Assembly: GCA_020718085.1 (NCBI GenBank)
Contig: DYDB01000002.1
Coordinates: 113,161-177,160, forward strand
DNA length: 64,000 nucleotides
Source of the DNA: Micavibrio sp.
GTDB lineage: Bacteria > Patescibacteriota > Minisyncoccia > Moranbacterales > GCA-2747515
Reading direction: 5' to 3'
The notes beneath the pieces were generated by a model. The model had not been told where the DNA came from. It worked only from the letters and a program-made list of their open reading frames with translations, and did not search any database. Shown in pieces: positions 37,208-47,134 of the stretch (position 1 is its first letter; each line of letters starts with the position of its first letter). The position numbers and the translations under genes are program-made.

Positions 37208-38068
37208 TTGATAAAAATGTTAACGTTATTGAGCTACTTGTTCTATTTTGTCGCAGCTAGTGCCTCACCGCTTCAAAGACGATGGTTAGCAACCAGAAAA
37301 AATAAAAACAATACGGGGCAAATAAATTTTGCTTTTCAAGTGGCGCTTATTACCGTGGTTTTAAGTTTGCTTCTACCTATTTTTAAGCCATTTTATCTGC
37401 AAGGAAATCCATTCGCACTAATTGTACTAACTTTAGTTAGCGGCGTTTTTGGAGCAGGTTATTTCATCTGCTTTTATACGGCGCAAAAATTTGTTGAAGC
37501 AGGGATCAGCACTTTAGTAAACAATATCTATACACCGATAACTATTGTGCTTGCTACTATATTTTTAAACGAGAAACTGACAACTATACAAATTTTTGGA
37601 ACAGTGCTTCTGCTTGTTGGAATGGTAATAGTATCTAAAAAGCATAGAATTGGGAAATTCAAATTTGATAAATATTTTATGCTGATGGTTTTGTCGGGAG
37701 TTATGCTTGGCGTTTCTCTTACCGCAGAACGTGCCTTGCAAAAAGCAACTGGTTTTACTGCAGGCACAATGCTTAGCTGGTGGTCGCAATGTCTATTTCT
37801 TGGAATCATAACGCTCGTTACGAACAATAAGAATGAATACACAAAAAAAGATATCGCCGTAACTGGGGTATTACGATTTTTTCAATCCTTGTCTTGGGTT
37901 ATTTTGATTTTTAGTGTTGGAAATTTAAGTTTAGTATCAGCTATCACGACATTTAAAATAGTTATAATTTTCATTGCCGCTGCAATATTTTTGAATGAAC
38001 GAGAAGATTTGACTAGAAAAATTATTGGTAGCCTTGTTGCTTTGGCTGGATTATTATTAATGAGATAA
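37208..38068 (+). CDS. EamA/DMT-superfamily transporter (10 TM)
   Basis: Two EamA-like 5-TM halves. Confidence 0.5.
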   Translation: MIKMLTLLSYLFYFVAASASPLQRRWLATRKNKNNTGQINFAFQVALITVVLSLLLPIFKPFYLQGNPFALIVLTLVSGVFGAGYFICFYTAQKFVEAGISTLVNNIYTPITIVLATIFLNEKLTTIQIFGTVLLLVGMVIVSKKHRIGKFKFDKYFMLMVLSGVMLGVSLTAERALQKATGFTAGTMLSWWSQCLFLGIITLVTNNKNEYTKKDIAVTGVLRFFQSLSWVILIFSVGNLSLVSAITTFKIVIIFIAAAIFLNEREDLTRKIIGSLVALAGLLLMR

Positions 38069-38217
38069 GACGTCTTTTGTTTTTTGCATTCATCTCCAAT
38101 TCCTCTGTTAAAAATCAAAGACGAAATTCAATTAAATTATTTCGGAAATGTTGTTTCGCTAGACGCGAAATAAAAAAGCAAACATCAGATAACAAAATAG
38201 GTTTTATTTTTTAAATA

Positions 38218-38496
38218 ATGGAAAAAATATTTTTGCTTTATAGTGGTTTCAATTGGTTTATTGCTCTCGGAGTTATGCTGAGCTATGTCATTATCGATGG
38301 TTTATACGCTAGATATACTTTAGAAGTTGTTGCTCTAAAACCTTTTAAGTCAGCGACTATCGGTGCAGGAATGCATTTTCTTTTAGCTTATGGGGTTATT
38401 AATTATACTGAGAACTGGCTTTACATTTTTCCATTGGTTATTGGTTCATGGATTGGAACGTATTTTATTGTAAAGTGTGAAAAAAATAAAAGATAA
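38218..38496 (+). CDS. small membrane protein (92 aa), hypothetical
   Basis: 3 predicted TM helices. Confidence 0.35.
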   Translation: MEKIFLLYSGFNWFIALGVMLSYVIIDGLYARYTLEVVALKPFKSATIGAGMHFLLAYGVINYTENWLYIFPLVIGSWIGTYFIVKCEKNKR

Positions 38497-38605
38497 AACT
38501 CACATTACGCAACACGGCACATGCGGTTCTGATTCGCTCAATATTTGAATACAAGAATTCGATTTATGCAAAGACTAGGATCATGTGAATTTTTTGCCGG
38601 TTTTT

Positions 38606-40108
38606 TTATTCTTCTTGTGCCTTGCGTGCGCGCTTGATCGAACGGCGAATCGCTCCTTTTGCCATTGATGTTTTGACAAAAGTGAGCCAATCCGCATTTG
38701 GACTTTTACGATTTTTATCTGTGATGATCTCGATGATCTGTCCATTGTGTACGGTGGAATCCAAAGAGACCATTTTTCCGTTTAATCGTGCACCTGTCGC
38801 TGAATTGCCGATATCCGTGTGAATGGCATAGGCAAAATCAACGATACTCGCACCTTCTGGCAGTTCAATAATGTCACCCATCGGTGTAAATGCAAAAATA
38901 TGATTTTTGAGAAAATCGACTTTGAGACCCTCGATAAATTCTTCCGGATTATTGCCCAGTTCTTTCTGCCATTCTTGAAGTTGCATGACCCACTCCACTT
39001 CTTTCTTTGATACTTCGTTCTTTTTTGGAAGAAAATAATCTTTCCAACTTTTGTGTTTTCGTGATTCATAAAGCCAATGAGCGGCAATGCCGAATTCTGC
39101 CTCATCATGCATTTTTTGTGTACGAATTTGTATTTCAAGGACACGACCATCCGGACCAAAAACAGTCGTGTGAATTGATTGATAGCCATTTGGTTTGGGT
39201 AGGGAAATATAGTCTTTGATGCGTCCGATCATGGGATGAAATTTTTTGTGTACGATGCCGAGTGTTTCATAACATGCTGCAATATCGTTGACAATGACAC
39301 GTACGGCAACCAGATCATAGACCCGATTGATGTCCATGTCGTGTTTGAGCAGTTTTTGATGAAGACTGTGAATACCTTTGGCACGACCATGTACATCAAC
39401 AAAGATGATCCCTTCGCTTTTTAATTCTTTTTTGATTTCTTCGATTGCTTTTTTGACATAAATTTCCTTTTCTTTTATCTGTGTTTCACTGATATTTTTT
39501 GTACTATGATATGCATCTGGATGAAGATAAAGAAAACAAAGATCAGTGAGTTCACTGCGAATCTCTCCAATACCCAATCTATTGGCGATGGGTACATATA
39601 TCTCCATGGTCTCATTCGCGATACGTTGTTGTTTTTCTTGTGGAAGATGTTCAAGTGTTTGCATATTATGCAAACGGTCTGCAAGTTTGATAATGACTGT
39701 GCGAATGTCTGAGCCCATTGCGAGGAACATGCGACGCCAATTTTCCAATTTGTATTCCTCCTTTGTGCCACGCAATTTGATCTTGCCGAGTTTTGTGATT
39801 CCTTCGATCATTTGTGCAATATCCGGACCGAATTTTTTTGCAATGGTGGCAAGTGTCTCTGGAGTGTCTTCTGGAACATCATGCATAAGTCCTGCAGCTA
39901 CTGTGCGGGCATCCATGCCGATCTTTGCGAGAATGCGTGCTGTGGAGAGGCAATGATGAATGTATGGCATGCCACTTGCACGTACCTGTCCATTGTGTGC
40001 AGCATTGGCAAATTCATATGCTTGCAATATTAATTTGCGACCCTCATTACCCGGAGGTGTTTTAAATGCATGTAGCACATCATCTATTGTTGCAAGAGTC
40101 TGTTTCAT
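38606..40108 (-). CDS. short RelA/SpoT-homolog (HD hydrolase + synthetase + TGS; lacks the C-terminal ACT/RRM region)
   Basis: HD motif, the RelA_SpoT synthetase domain (RLHNM), and a TGS domain at the C-terminal end. Only 500 aa. Confidence 0.75.
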   Translation of the reverse strand: MKQTLATIDDVLHAFKTPPGNEGRKLILQAYEFANAAHNGQVRASGMPYIHHCLSTARILAKIGMDARTVAAGLMHDVPEDTPETLATIAKKFGPDIAQMIEGITKLGKIKLRGTKEEYKLENWRRMFLAMGSDIRTVIIKLADRLHNMQTLEHLPQEKQQRIANETMEIYVPIANRLGIGEIRSELTDLCFLYLHPDAYHSTKNISETQIKEKEIYVKKAIEEIKKELKSEGIIFVDVHGRAKGIHSLHQKLLKHDMDINRVYDLVAVRVIVNDIAACYETLGIVHKKFHPMIGRIKDYISLPKPNGYQSIHTTVFGPDGRVLEIQIRTQKMHDEAEFGIAAHWLYESRKHKSWKDYFLPKKNEVSKKEVEWVMQLQEWQKELGNNPEEFIEGLKVDFLKNHIFAFTPMGDIIELPEGASIVDFAYAIHTDIGNSATGARLNGKMVSLDSTVHNGQIIEIITDKNRKSPNADWLTFVKTSMAKGAIRRSIKRARKAQEE

Positions 40109-40222
40109 AGGAGATGTTTTATAATTTGTATATTTACTATACGGCCTGTACGATGAGTTGACAAGTAAGTGATTTTCGTGTGATTGTCATTATATAAATA
40201 TGTGTCATGTTACAATGTTCAT

Positions 40223-41443
40223 ATGAGTATATATATGCCACTCGCGGAGCGCATGCGTCCCAAAAAAATTGAAGATTTTTACGGTCAAGAACACCTTGTA
40301 AAAAAAGGGGCTGTTTTGCATTCTCTCATCAAAAAAGATCAAATTCCGTCGATGATCCTCTGGGGTCCTCCGGGTACGGGGAAAACGACACTTGCACGGA
40401 TCATTGCCAATGAGACAGCGGCACATTTTGTGCAAATCTCTGCGATCAACGCAGGTGTGAAAGATGTGCGAAAAGCAATTGATGATGCAAAGAGTTATGC
40501 ACGTCTTGGTACAAAAACCATTCTTTTTATCGATGAGGTACATCGATTCAATAAGGCGCAACAAGATGCATTTCTCCCAAGTGTGGAGGATGGCACAATT
40601 ACACTGATCGGTGCAACAACAGAAAATCCCAGCTTTGAAGTAAACAGCGCACTGCTTTCTCGTACACGCGTTTTTGTTTTGGAGTCCCTGTCACTTGAAT
40701 CACTTAAAAAAATTGTTACACATGTTCTACGGAGAAGTGAAGAAATTTTTGGGTATAAAAAAGTTGTCATTGATGATCCTGTTTTGGAGTATTTAGGTGC
40801 TCTCTCTAACGGTGATGCGCGTATCATGCTCAACGCATTGGAAGTTGCGGTACAATTGGCTCAAATGGACAAAAAGAAAGATGTGATCCTCAAAAAGCAC
40901 ATCGAGCAGGCAATTCAAAAAGCGAACATTTTATATGATAAAAACGGTGAAGAACATTACAATTTGATCTCAGCATTACATAAATCAATGCGCGGCGGAG
41001 ATGCTGATGCGGCAATTTATTATCTTGCGCGCATGTTGGAGGGTGGTGAGGATCCCTTGTATATTGCGAGGCGCGTTGTGCGTTTTGCGTCAGAAGATAT
41101 TGGCATGGCAAATTCATTTGCTCTACCACAAGCTGTTGCCGCATATGATGCATGTCGTTTTATCGGCATGCCGGAATGTGGTGTGAATTTGGCACAGGCG
41201 ATTGTATACATGGCAAAAAGTAAAAAGAGCATTGCCATTTATAGTGGGTACACAACGGCGCTACAGGATGTGCGTGACAAAGGCAATTTGCCGGTCCCAT
41301 TACATTTGCGCAATGCGCCGACAAAGTTGATGAAAGAATTAAATTATGGAAAAAATTATAAATACACACCACTTGCATCAGAAGAGGAAAATGCGGAGCA
41401 AGAATTTTTACCGGATGAGCTAAGGGGAAAGAAATATATTTAA
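40223..41443 (+). CDS. rarA: replication-associated recombination protein A (AAA+ ATPase)
   Basis: PLAERMRP N-terminus, Walker A GPPGTGKTT, and the MgsA C-terminal domain. Confidence 0.8.
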   Translation: MSIYMPLAERMRPKKIEDFYGQEHLVKKGAVLHSLIKKDQIPSMILWGPPGTGKTTLARIIANETAAHFVQISAINAGVKDVRKAIDDAKSYARLGTKTILFIDEVHRFNKAQQDAFLPSVEDGTITLIGATTENPSFEVNSALLSRTRVFVLESLSLESLKKIVTHVLRRSEEIFGYKKVVIDDPVLEYLGALSNGDARIMLNALEVAVQLAQMDKKKDVILKKHIEQAIQKANILYDKNGEEHYNLISALHKSMRGGDADAAIYYLARMLEGGEDPLYIARRVVRFASEDIGMANSFALPQAVAAYDACRFIGMPECGVNLAQAIVYMAKSKKSIAIYSGYTTALQDVRDKGNLPVPLHLRNAPTKLMKELNYGKNYKYTPLASEEENAEQEFLPDELRGKKYI

Positions 41444-41478
41444 AAAAGCGTTGTGATGCTGCACAACGCTTTTTTTGA
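41443..41478. terminator. bidirectional intrinsic terminator (GCGTTGTG/CACAACGC; A6 upstream, T7 downstream)
   Basis: aaaaaagcgttgtgatgctgcacaacgcttttttt. Confidence 0.7.
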
Positions 41479-41498
41479 AAATGGAGGATGTTTTTTAT

Positions 41499-42137
41499 TT
41501 ATTGATAATGTTGGAGAATGACCGTGGCACGATCATATGCGCCGTACACGAGCTCTCGCAGTGTTGCAATATGCTCTGTGTTGGAGGAGATCTCTCGCAG
41601 GTCATTTTCTGTATTTTGCAGAATAGTGTTGACATAGTCTTTGTCAACGCGCGCACCTGTCGCGAGTGCGAGAACGATTGATGATGCTTCGAGTAAGATC
41701 TCAGGTTCTTTACATTCGTTTACGAGAGAGTCCAAAGCAAATCGCATGTCGCTTCCACAAATGTCCTGATGATAGTGAGTAAAAGGAATTTGATCCCAAT
41801 TCACTTTTTCAACTGTTTCGACGTAGACGCGTATGAGGTTCTTTCGAATCATTCTTTTAACAGACGGTTCATATGTTGTGTCGATGGACAAGAGGTGTGT
41901 GTGATACAGGTGTTCGGATCCTGTATTGATGGGAACAACAACGATCACGCCCATGATAGCAGCGCCCCTTGAGTCATCATGACATGTGATAATGTAGCCA
42001 TTTTTTTGTAGTGACTGCCAATATGTCCACGTTTGATTTGATTCCTTTGGTCTTACGATGTGAAGGAGATGATTGAGTTCCTCTATACATCGTTCCACAA
42101 CGGTGTTGATGCCTATTGAAAATGATCGCGGATCCAT
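41499..42137 (-). CDS. hypothetical protein (212 aa), no recognisable domain
   Basis: An ORF in clean intergenic context between rarA and scpA. Confidence 0.45.
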   Translation of the reverse strand: MDPRSFSIGINTVVERCIEELNHLLHIVRPKESNQTWTYWQSLQKNGYIITCHDDSRGAAIMGVIVVVPINTGSEHLYHTHLLSIDTTYEPSVKRMIRKNLIRVYVETVEKVNWDQIPFTHYHQDICGSDMRFALDSLVNECKEPEILLEASSIVLALATGARVDKDYVNTILQNTENDLREISSNTEHIATLRELVYGAYDRATVILQHYQ

Positions 42138-42347
42138 CGCCTCCTCCTTTTGTGATGTAGGTATGAATGTTAAACAACAATAATTTTGCCCTCACTGTAA
42201 CATTCTAAAATGATTTTTACAACAGGGAGTGTGCACATCTGGTTATTTTTTTCAAAAATATACTGATGTGAATTTGATTAGGCATCTTCAAAAAATACGA
42301 ATATTGGTGCAAATTCACAATTTTTGCGTTTATGCTATAATATTTTC

Positions 42348-43055
42348 ATGACTTATCAGGTAAAAACAGAGCAGTTTGAAGGTCCGCTGGATCTTCTTTT
42401 GGATTTGATCGAGAAAGAGCGGGTGGACATTACACGCGTGTCGCTTGCACGTATTACAGATCAATATCTTGATTATATCGGCAAAAAAGAAAATATCTCC
42501 TTGCACCATTTGGCTGATTTTTTGACAGTTGCAGCAAAGCTCATTCTTATAAAATCACATGCACTTTTACCACTTTTGAAATTGGAAGATGATGAGGAAG
42601 ATGATCTGCAGGAATTAGAGAGACAACTTGCTGCGCTAAAGGTCTTTAAGGATCATAGTGAAAAATTTGTGCAATTCTTTACGCAGGCAAAAAGTTCTTA
42701 TGGCAACAAGGGCATTTGGGGACAAGAAGCATTTTTTTGTCCTCCAGAAGGAATTGTTGTGCAGGATCTGCGTGGTGCATTTCTTTCATCCTTGCATACG
42801 ATTCCGCGTCTTGAAGCATTGGAGGAGCGAATTATGAGCGATGTTATTTCCTTGGAAAGGCGTATCATGTCCATTCAGCGAAGTGTGCAGGAACGTGCAG
42901 AAGTGGCATTTTCAGAATTAACGGCTCATGCAAAAGATCGTGCAGAAGTAGTAGTGTCATTTTTGGCAATTTTAGAACTTGTGAAACAAAAAATTGTTAT
43001 TGTGAAACAAAAGCGTCTTTTTGACGATATTATTTTGAAAAATGAAAAAATGTAA
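42348..43055 (+). CDS. scpA: segregation and condensation protein A
   Basis: EQFEGPLDLLLDLIEKERVDIT. A TATAAT at 42336-42341 lies only 6 nt before the ATG, suggesting a leaderless mRNA. Confidence 0.75.
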   Translation: MTYQVKTEQFEGPLDLLLDLIEKERVDITRVSLARITDQYLDYIGKKENISLHHLADFLTVAAKLILIKSHALLPLLKLEDDEEDDLQELERQLAALKVFKDHSEKFVQFFTQAKSSYGNKGIWGQEAFFCPPEGIVVQDLRGAFLSSLHTIPRLEALEERIMSDVISLERRIMSIQRSVQERAEVAFSELTAHAKDRAEVVVSFLAILELVKQKIVIVKQKRLFDDIILKNEKM

Positions 43056-43072
43056 CTAATTAATGATCTTTT

Positions 43073-43654
43073 ATGGTTAGTGAAAAAAAAGCAGAAAATA
43101 TGTTAGCGGTAATCGAAGCGATTCTTTTTATGTATGGCAAAGAGGTATCATTTGTACGTATTGCAGAGTTGCTTGAGAGTACGGAGGAAGTGATAAGAGA
43201 GCACGTCGTGAAATTGCAAGAATCGTATGCCGAACGCGATGGAGGCTTGCGCATCATGATCGGAGATCATCATGTACAAATGGTAACGCATCCGGCTGTC
43301 GCAACAATAATTGAACAAATGACAAAAAAAGAGATCGAAGGCCCATTGACATCTGTTGCTATGGAGGTTTTGGCGATCATTGCATATCGTGGTCCGATCG
43401 GGAAAGTGGATGTTGAGGCAATTCGCGGTGTGAATTGTTCATTCACTTTGCGCAATCTTGTGCGACGCGGTTTGATCGAACATGTGCGTGCAGATGAGGG
43501 AAGGCGGGCGCAGCGATATCAAGTAACGATGGATTTCTTACGCATTTTGGGTATTACAACTGTGGAAGAATTGCCAGAATTTATTGAGCTTTCAACAGAT
43601 AAGAGAATTGATGCAATTCTTTATAATGAACAGCATAATACACAGGAGGTGTGA
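43073..43654 (+). CDS. scpB: segregation and condensation protein B
   Basis: LAVIEAILFMYGKEVS, wHTH pair. Confidence 0.7.
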   Translation: MVSEKKAENMLAVIEAILFMYGKEVSFVRIAELLESTEEVIREHVVKLQESYAERDGGLRIMIGDHHVQMVTHPAVATIIEQMTKKEIEGPLTSVAMEVLAIIAYRGPIGKVDVEAIRGVNCSFTLRNLVRRGLIEHVRADEGRRAQRYQVTMDFLRILGITTVEELPEFIELSTDKRIDAILYNEQHNTQEV

Positions 43655-43658
43655 TCTT

Positions 43659-44735
43659 ATGATAGAAAAGATGACCAAAAGGCAACGAGAAGTTTTTGCA
43701 ACGTATCCGATTGCGATATTGGTCTTTTTTGGTTTTCTTGTGGGAGTGAGCGTGTATATGCACCATACGTATATGCGACCAGTTATTGAAGAATCTGAAA
43801 AGCTGATGGTGCTTCCGGAGGATCCTGTGAAACAAAAAGAAAAGCAACGGCGCTTGCATGAGATCTTAGCGCAACAACGTGATCAAACAACGCATGTAAT
43901 TTATCAACCGATCAAAAATAAAAATGCACAGGAATTATTTGTGGATAATGCACATGCGGCAATTGTGCTTGATGCAGAGTCTGGTACGATCTTATGGCAA
44001 AAGAATGCAACAGAACGTCGGTCAATCGCATCAATCACCAAATTAGTGACCGCAATGGTTGTTATTGATCGCATACGCGATCTCAATGAGACTGTGACAA
44101 TCCCGGAGAGTGTTATGAACATTGAAGGAACAAAAGTAGGGTGTCCTACGTCGGTGATCTGTAATTCACCAAGGTTATATGCTGGAGAAGAAGTGCGTGT
44201 CAAAGATCTTTTGGCGGCAATGTTGATGTTCAGTGCAAATGATGCGGCTACGGTTTTGGGTGTACATGTGTCAGGGAGCGAGGAAGAATTTGCAGAATTG
44301 ATGAATGCACGTATGAAAGAGTTGGGTGCGGGAAATTCACATTTTTGTCGGCCATCGGGATTAGAACTTGATGTGAATGAGGAAATGTGCTATTCAAGTG
44401 CTTATGACATTGCGCGTGTGATGGCACATTTAATTCAGCACGATAAATATGATGTACTTTGGGAGATCATGCGAACAGATAAAATGACCTTTGCCTCTTT
44501 GGATGGTACGGTCATACATGAACTTGATAATACGGATCGTTTGATCGGTGATATGCCAAATCTTGTAGGGGCAAAAACAGGATTTACGCCTCGGGCAGGA
44601 TATAGTTTAGCACTCGCAACAGAAGATCCTTCACGCAAACATTTTGTCATTTCCGTTGTTTTGGATGACTATCATCGTTTTGATGATGTTGAGATCATGA
44701 GTGCATGGGCTTTTGCTAATTTTACATGGCAGTAA
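43659..44735 (+). CDS. dacA: D-alanyl-D-alanine carboxypeptidase (S11, PBP5-like)
   Basis: SITK (SxxK), SAND (SxN), KTGFT (KTG). AGGAGGTG RBS before the ATG at 43659. Confidence 0.75.
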   Translation: MIEKMTKRQREVFATYPIAILVFFGFLVGVSVYMHHTYMRPVIEESEKLMVLPEDPVKQKEKQRRLHEILAQQRDQTTHVIYQPIKNKNAQELFVDNAHAAIVLDAESGTILWQKNATERRSIASITKLVTAMVVIDRIRDLNETVTIPESVMNIEGTKVGCPTSVICNSPRLYAGEEVRVKDLLAAMLMFSANDAATVLGVHVSGSEEEFAELMNARMKELGAGNSHFCRPSGLELDVNEEMCYSSAYDIARVMAHLIQHDKYDVLWEIMRTDKMTFASLDGTVIHELDNTDRLIGDMPNLVGAKTGFTPRAGYSLALATEDPSRKHFVISVVLDDYHRFDDVEIMSAWAFANFTWQ

Positions 44736-44765
44736 AAACTATATTTAGTGATATAATAATCTTAT

Positions 44766-45860
44766 ATGATCGATTGGATTTACGCAGAACCAGAAATACA
44801 AGATGTGATCAAAGTGATGTTGACAGGACTCATCTCTTTTGTGATCGCGTTCTTTCTCACGCCACTTTGGACGCATTTTTTGTATAAGTATAAATTTGGC
44901 ATCAAGATCAAAGATCGCGGTGTACAGGGGGATACATTGCAGTATGTAAATACAATGCATGCCGATAAAACCGGTACGCCAACCATGGGCGGTGTCATTG
45001 TATGGGTGACGATATTTATTCTTATCTTTGCATCACAATATGTTTTTCCTATATTTGCATGGCTTACCGATAGCGCATTTATAGAGCGTTTGGATTTCTT
45101 ATCGCGTAAACAGACATGGCTACCACTTTTTGCACTGGTTGCAACAGGCATACTTGGACTTTTTGACGATGTCATGAGTGTGCGCGGATGGGGTGGAAAC
45201 AAGGGAGGCGGCATGCGTTTTGCCGCACGATTCTGGTGGCTTTTTGTGATTGCTGCAGCTGGTGCGTGGTGGTTTTATAGTAAGCTTGGTTGGGATATGA
45301 TCCATATGCCGGCATTTGGTGATTTCAATATCGGCTTATGGTATATTCCCTTATTTATTTTTGTGATCATTTTTGCGGCATTTTCTTCCAATGAAACAGA
45401 TGGGTTGGATGGATTAAATGGCGGTGTGCTCATGATGGCATTTGCGGCATTTACAGTGATCGCCTTTTTGCATAATAAAGTTGATCTTGCGTCATTTTGC
45501 GCCGCAATCACCGGTGCACTTTTAGCATTTTTGTGGTTTAATATTTATCCCGCACGTTTTTTTATGGGTGATACGGGTGCGATCAGTCTTGGGGCAACTC
45601 TTGGTGTAGTTGCGCTACTTACAAATTCTGTGATCATTCTATTTATCATTGTTTTTATTTACGTGTTGGAGTCGGGGAGTGCGCTTGCACAGATGACATC
45701 AAAAAAGTTTTTTAAACGCAAGATATTCCTTGCTGCACCAATTCATCATCACTTTGAAGCGATGGGGTGGCCGGAGCCAAAAATTACCATGCGCGCATGG
45801 ATCTTTACAGCAATTACGGCAGCGCTGGGACTCATTATCGGAATTATTGGCATGGGGTAA
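44766..45860 (+). CDS. mraY: phospho-N-acetylmuramoyl-pentapeptide transferase
   Basis: GLFDDVMSVRG, NETDGLDGL, 10 TM. Confidence 0.85.
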   Translation: MIDWIYAEPEIQDVIKVMLTGLISFVIAFFLTPLWTHFLYKYKFGIKIKDRGVQGDTLQYVNTMHADKTGTPTMGGVIVWVTIFILIFASQYVFPIFAWLTDSAFIERLDFLSRKQTWLPLFALVATGILGLFDDVMSVRGWGGNKGGGMRFAARFWWLFVIAAAGAWWFYSKLGWDMIHMPAFGDFNIGLWYIPLFIFVIIFAAFSSNETDGLDGLNGGVLMMAFAAFTVIAFLHNKVDLASFCAAITGALLAFLWFNIYPARFFMGDTGAISLGATLGVVALLTNSVIILFIIVFIYVLESGSALAQMTSKKFFKRKIFLAAPIHHHFEAMGWPEPKITMRAWIFTAITAALGLIIGIIGMG

Positions 45861-45901
45861 AAAATAAAAAAATAAATATTTAAGAATTAAAAATAAAACA
45901 T

Positions 45902-46951
45902 ATGCAAATCAAAAAAATACAAGATGCAGATGTTCATGGAAAGAAAGTGATCATTCGCGTGGATTTTAATATATCGATCAATGAATTAAAAGATGTTAAA
46001 TCCGCATACAAGCTTCGTGCAGCGATGGAAACAATAGAACATCTTCTGCGAAGCGGTGCAACACATATTGCACTTCTCACTCATTTTGGCAGACCGGAGG
46101 AAAAGAATGATCCTGCGAATTCAGTACAAAATATTGCAGATGATGTGGAGCGTATTTTGGATAGGAAAATTGTGTTTGTGTCAGACTGTATTGGTGAGAA
46201 AGTGGTACATGCTCTCGAAACGACAGAAAATGGTACGATATTGCTTTTGGAAAACGTGCGGTTTTATCCCGAAGAAGAATTAGATGATGCAACGTTTGCA
46301 AGATCCTTATGTGCACCTTTTGACATATATGTAAATGAAGCATTTGCAGTGAGCCATCGCAAGCATGCGTCAGTACATGCGATCACGCAATGTATGGATG
46401 CGTATGCAGGTCTATGGTTGCAAAAAGAATTGGAAAATTTGGAAAAAGTGAAGAATTCTCCGGACCATCCAGCTGTTGCAATTATTGGTGGTGCGAAAAT
46501 TGAAACAAAAATTCCTGTGATCAATGAGTTGGCAAAAAGATACGATAAAGTTCTTGTTGGTGGACGTACGGCAGTGGAGGCGCAAGAGAAAAAAATGATC
46601 TTGGGTGATAATGTTGTTTTGCCAATTGATTATGCATATAAGTTCTATGACATTGGACCAAAAACGATCGAGCGTTTTTGTGAAGAGATCGCACAAGCAC
46701 GCACGATTGTCTGGAATGGACCGATGGGTTTAATTGAGGAAGAGGAATACAAAAAGGGCACGATGGCTTTGATCGAAAAGATCGTTGCGAACACAGAGGC
46801 ATACAGCTTGATTGGTGGTGGAGAGAGTGTGCAAATTGCAGAGGAGAGCGGGCTTCTAGATAAATTGTCTTTCGTTTCAACTGGTGGTGGTGCGACACTT
46901 GTGTATTTAGGAGGAGAGGAGATGCCAGGCATTGATGTGTTAATGAAATAA
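45902..46951 (+). CDS. pgk: phosphoglycerate kinase (compact, 349 aa)
   Basis: RVDFN ... LLLENVRFYPEEE ... STGGGA. Confidence 0.85.
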   Translation: MQIKKIQDADVHGKKVIIRVDFNISINELKDVKSAYKLRAAMETIEHLLRSGATHIALLTHFGRPEEKNDPANSVQNIADDVERILDRKIVFVSDCIGEKVVHALETTENGTILLLENVRFYPEEELDDATFARSLCAPFDIYVNEAFAVSHRKHASVHAITQCMDAYAGLWLQKELENLEKVKNSPDHPAVAIIGGAKIETKIPVINELAKRYDKVLVGGRTAVEAQEKKMILGDNVVLPIDYAYKFYDIGPKTIERFCEEIAQARTIVWNGPMGLIEEEEYKKGTMALIEKIVANTEAYSLIGGGESVQIAEESGLLDKLSFVSTGGGATLVYLGGEEMPGIDVLMK

Positions 46952-47134
46952 AGAGTATAATTTTTTTGAACCAGTTTATTGAGAGGCAAATTTTGGTAAG
47001 CTGATTTTTTGGAATCATTTTTGTGAATATGCTAATATACGTAGTATAGGATTCATGCACACTTTAAATAATAAAATAAAAATATGTAGAAGTTGCTAGT
47101 CATAAAGTTACTAGTTGCTGATTACCACAAAAAA

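Noticed and set aside
46521-47060. 179-aa minus-strand ORF overlapping the pgk 3' end
   Set aside because: Antisense to a conserved glycolytic gene with no recognisable features. Spurious.
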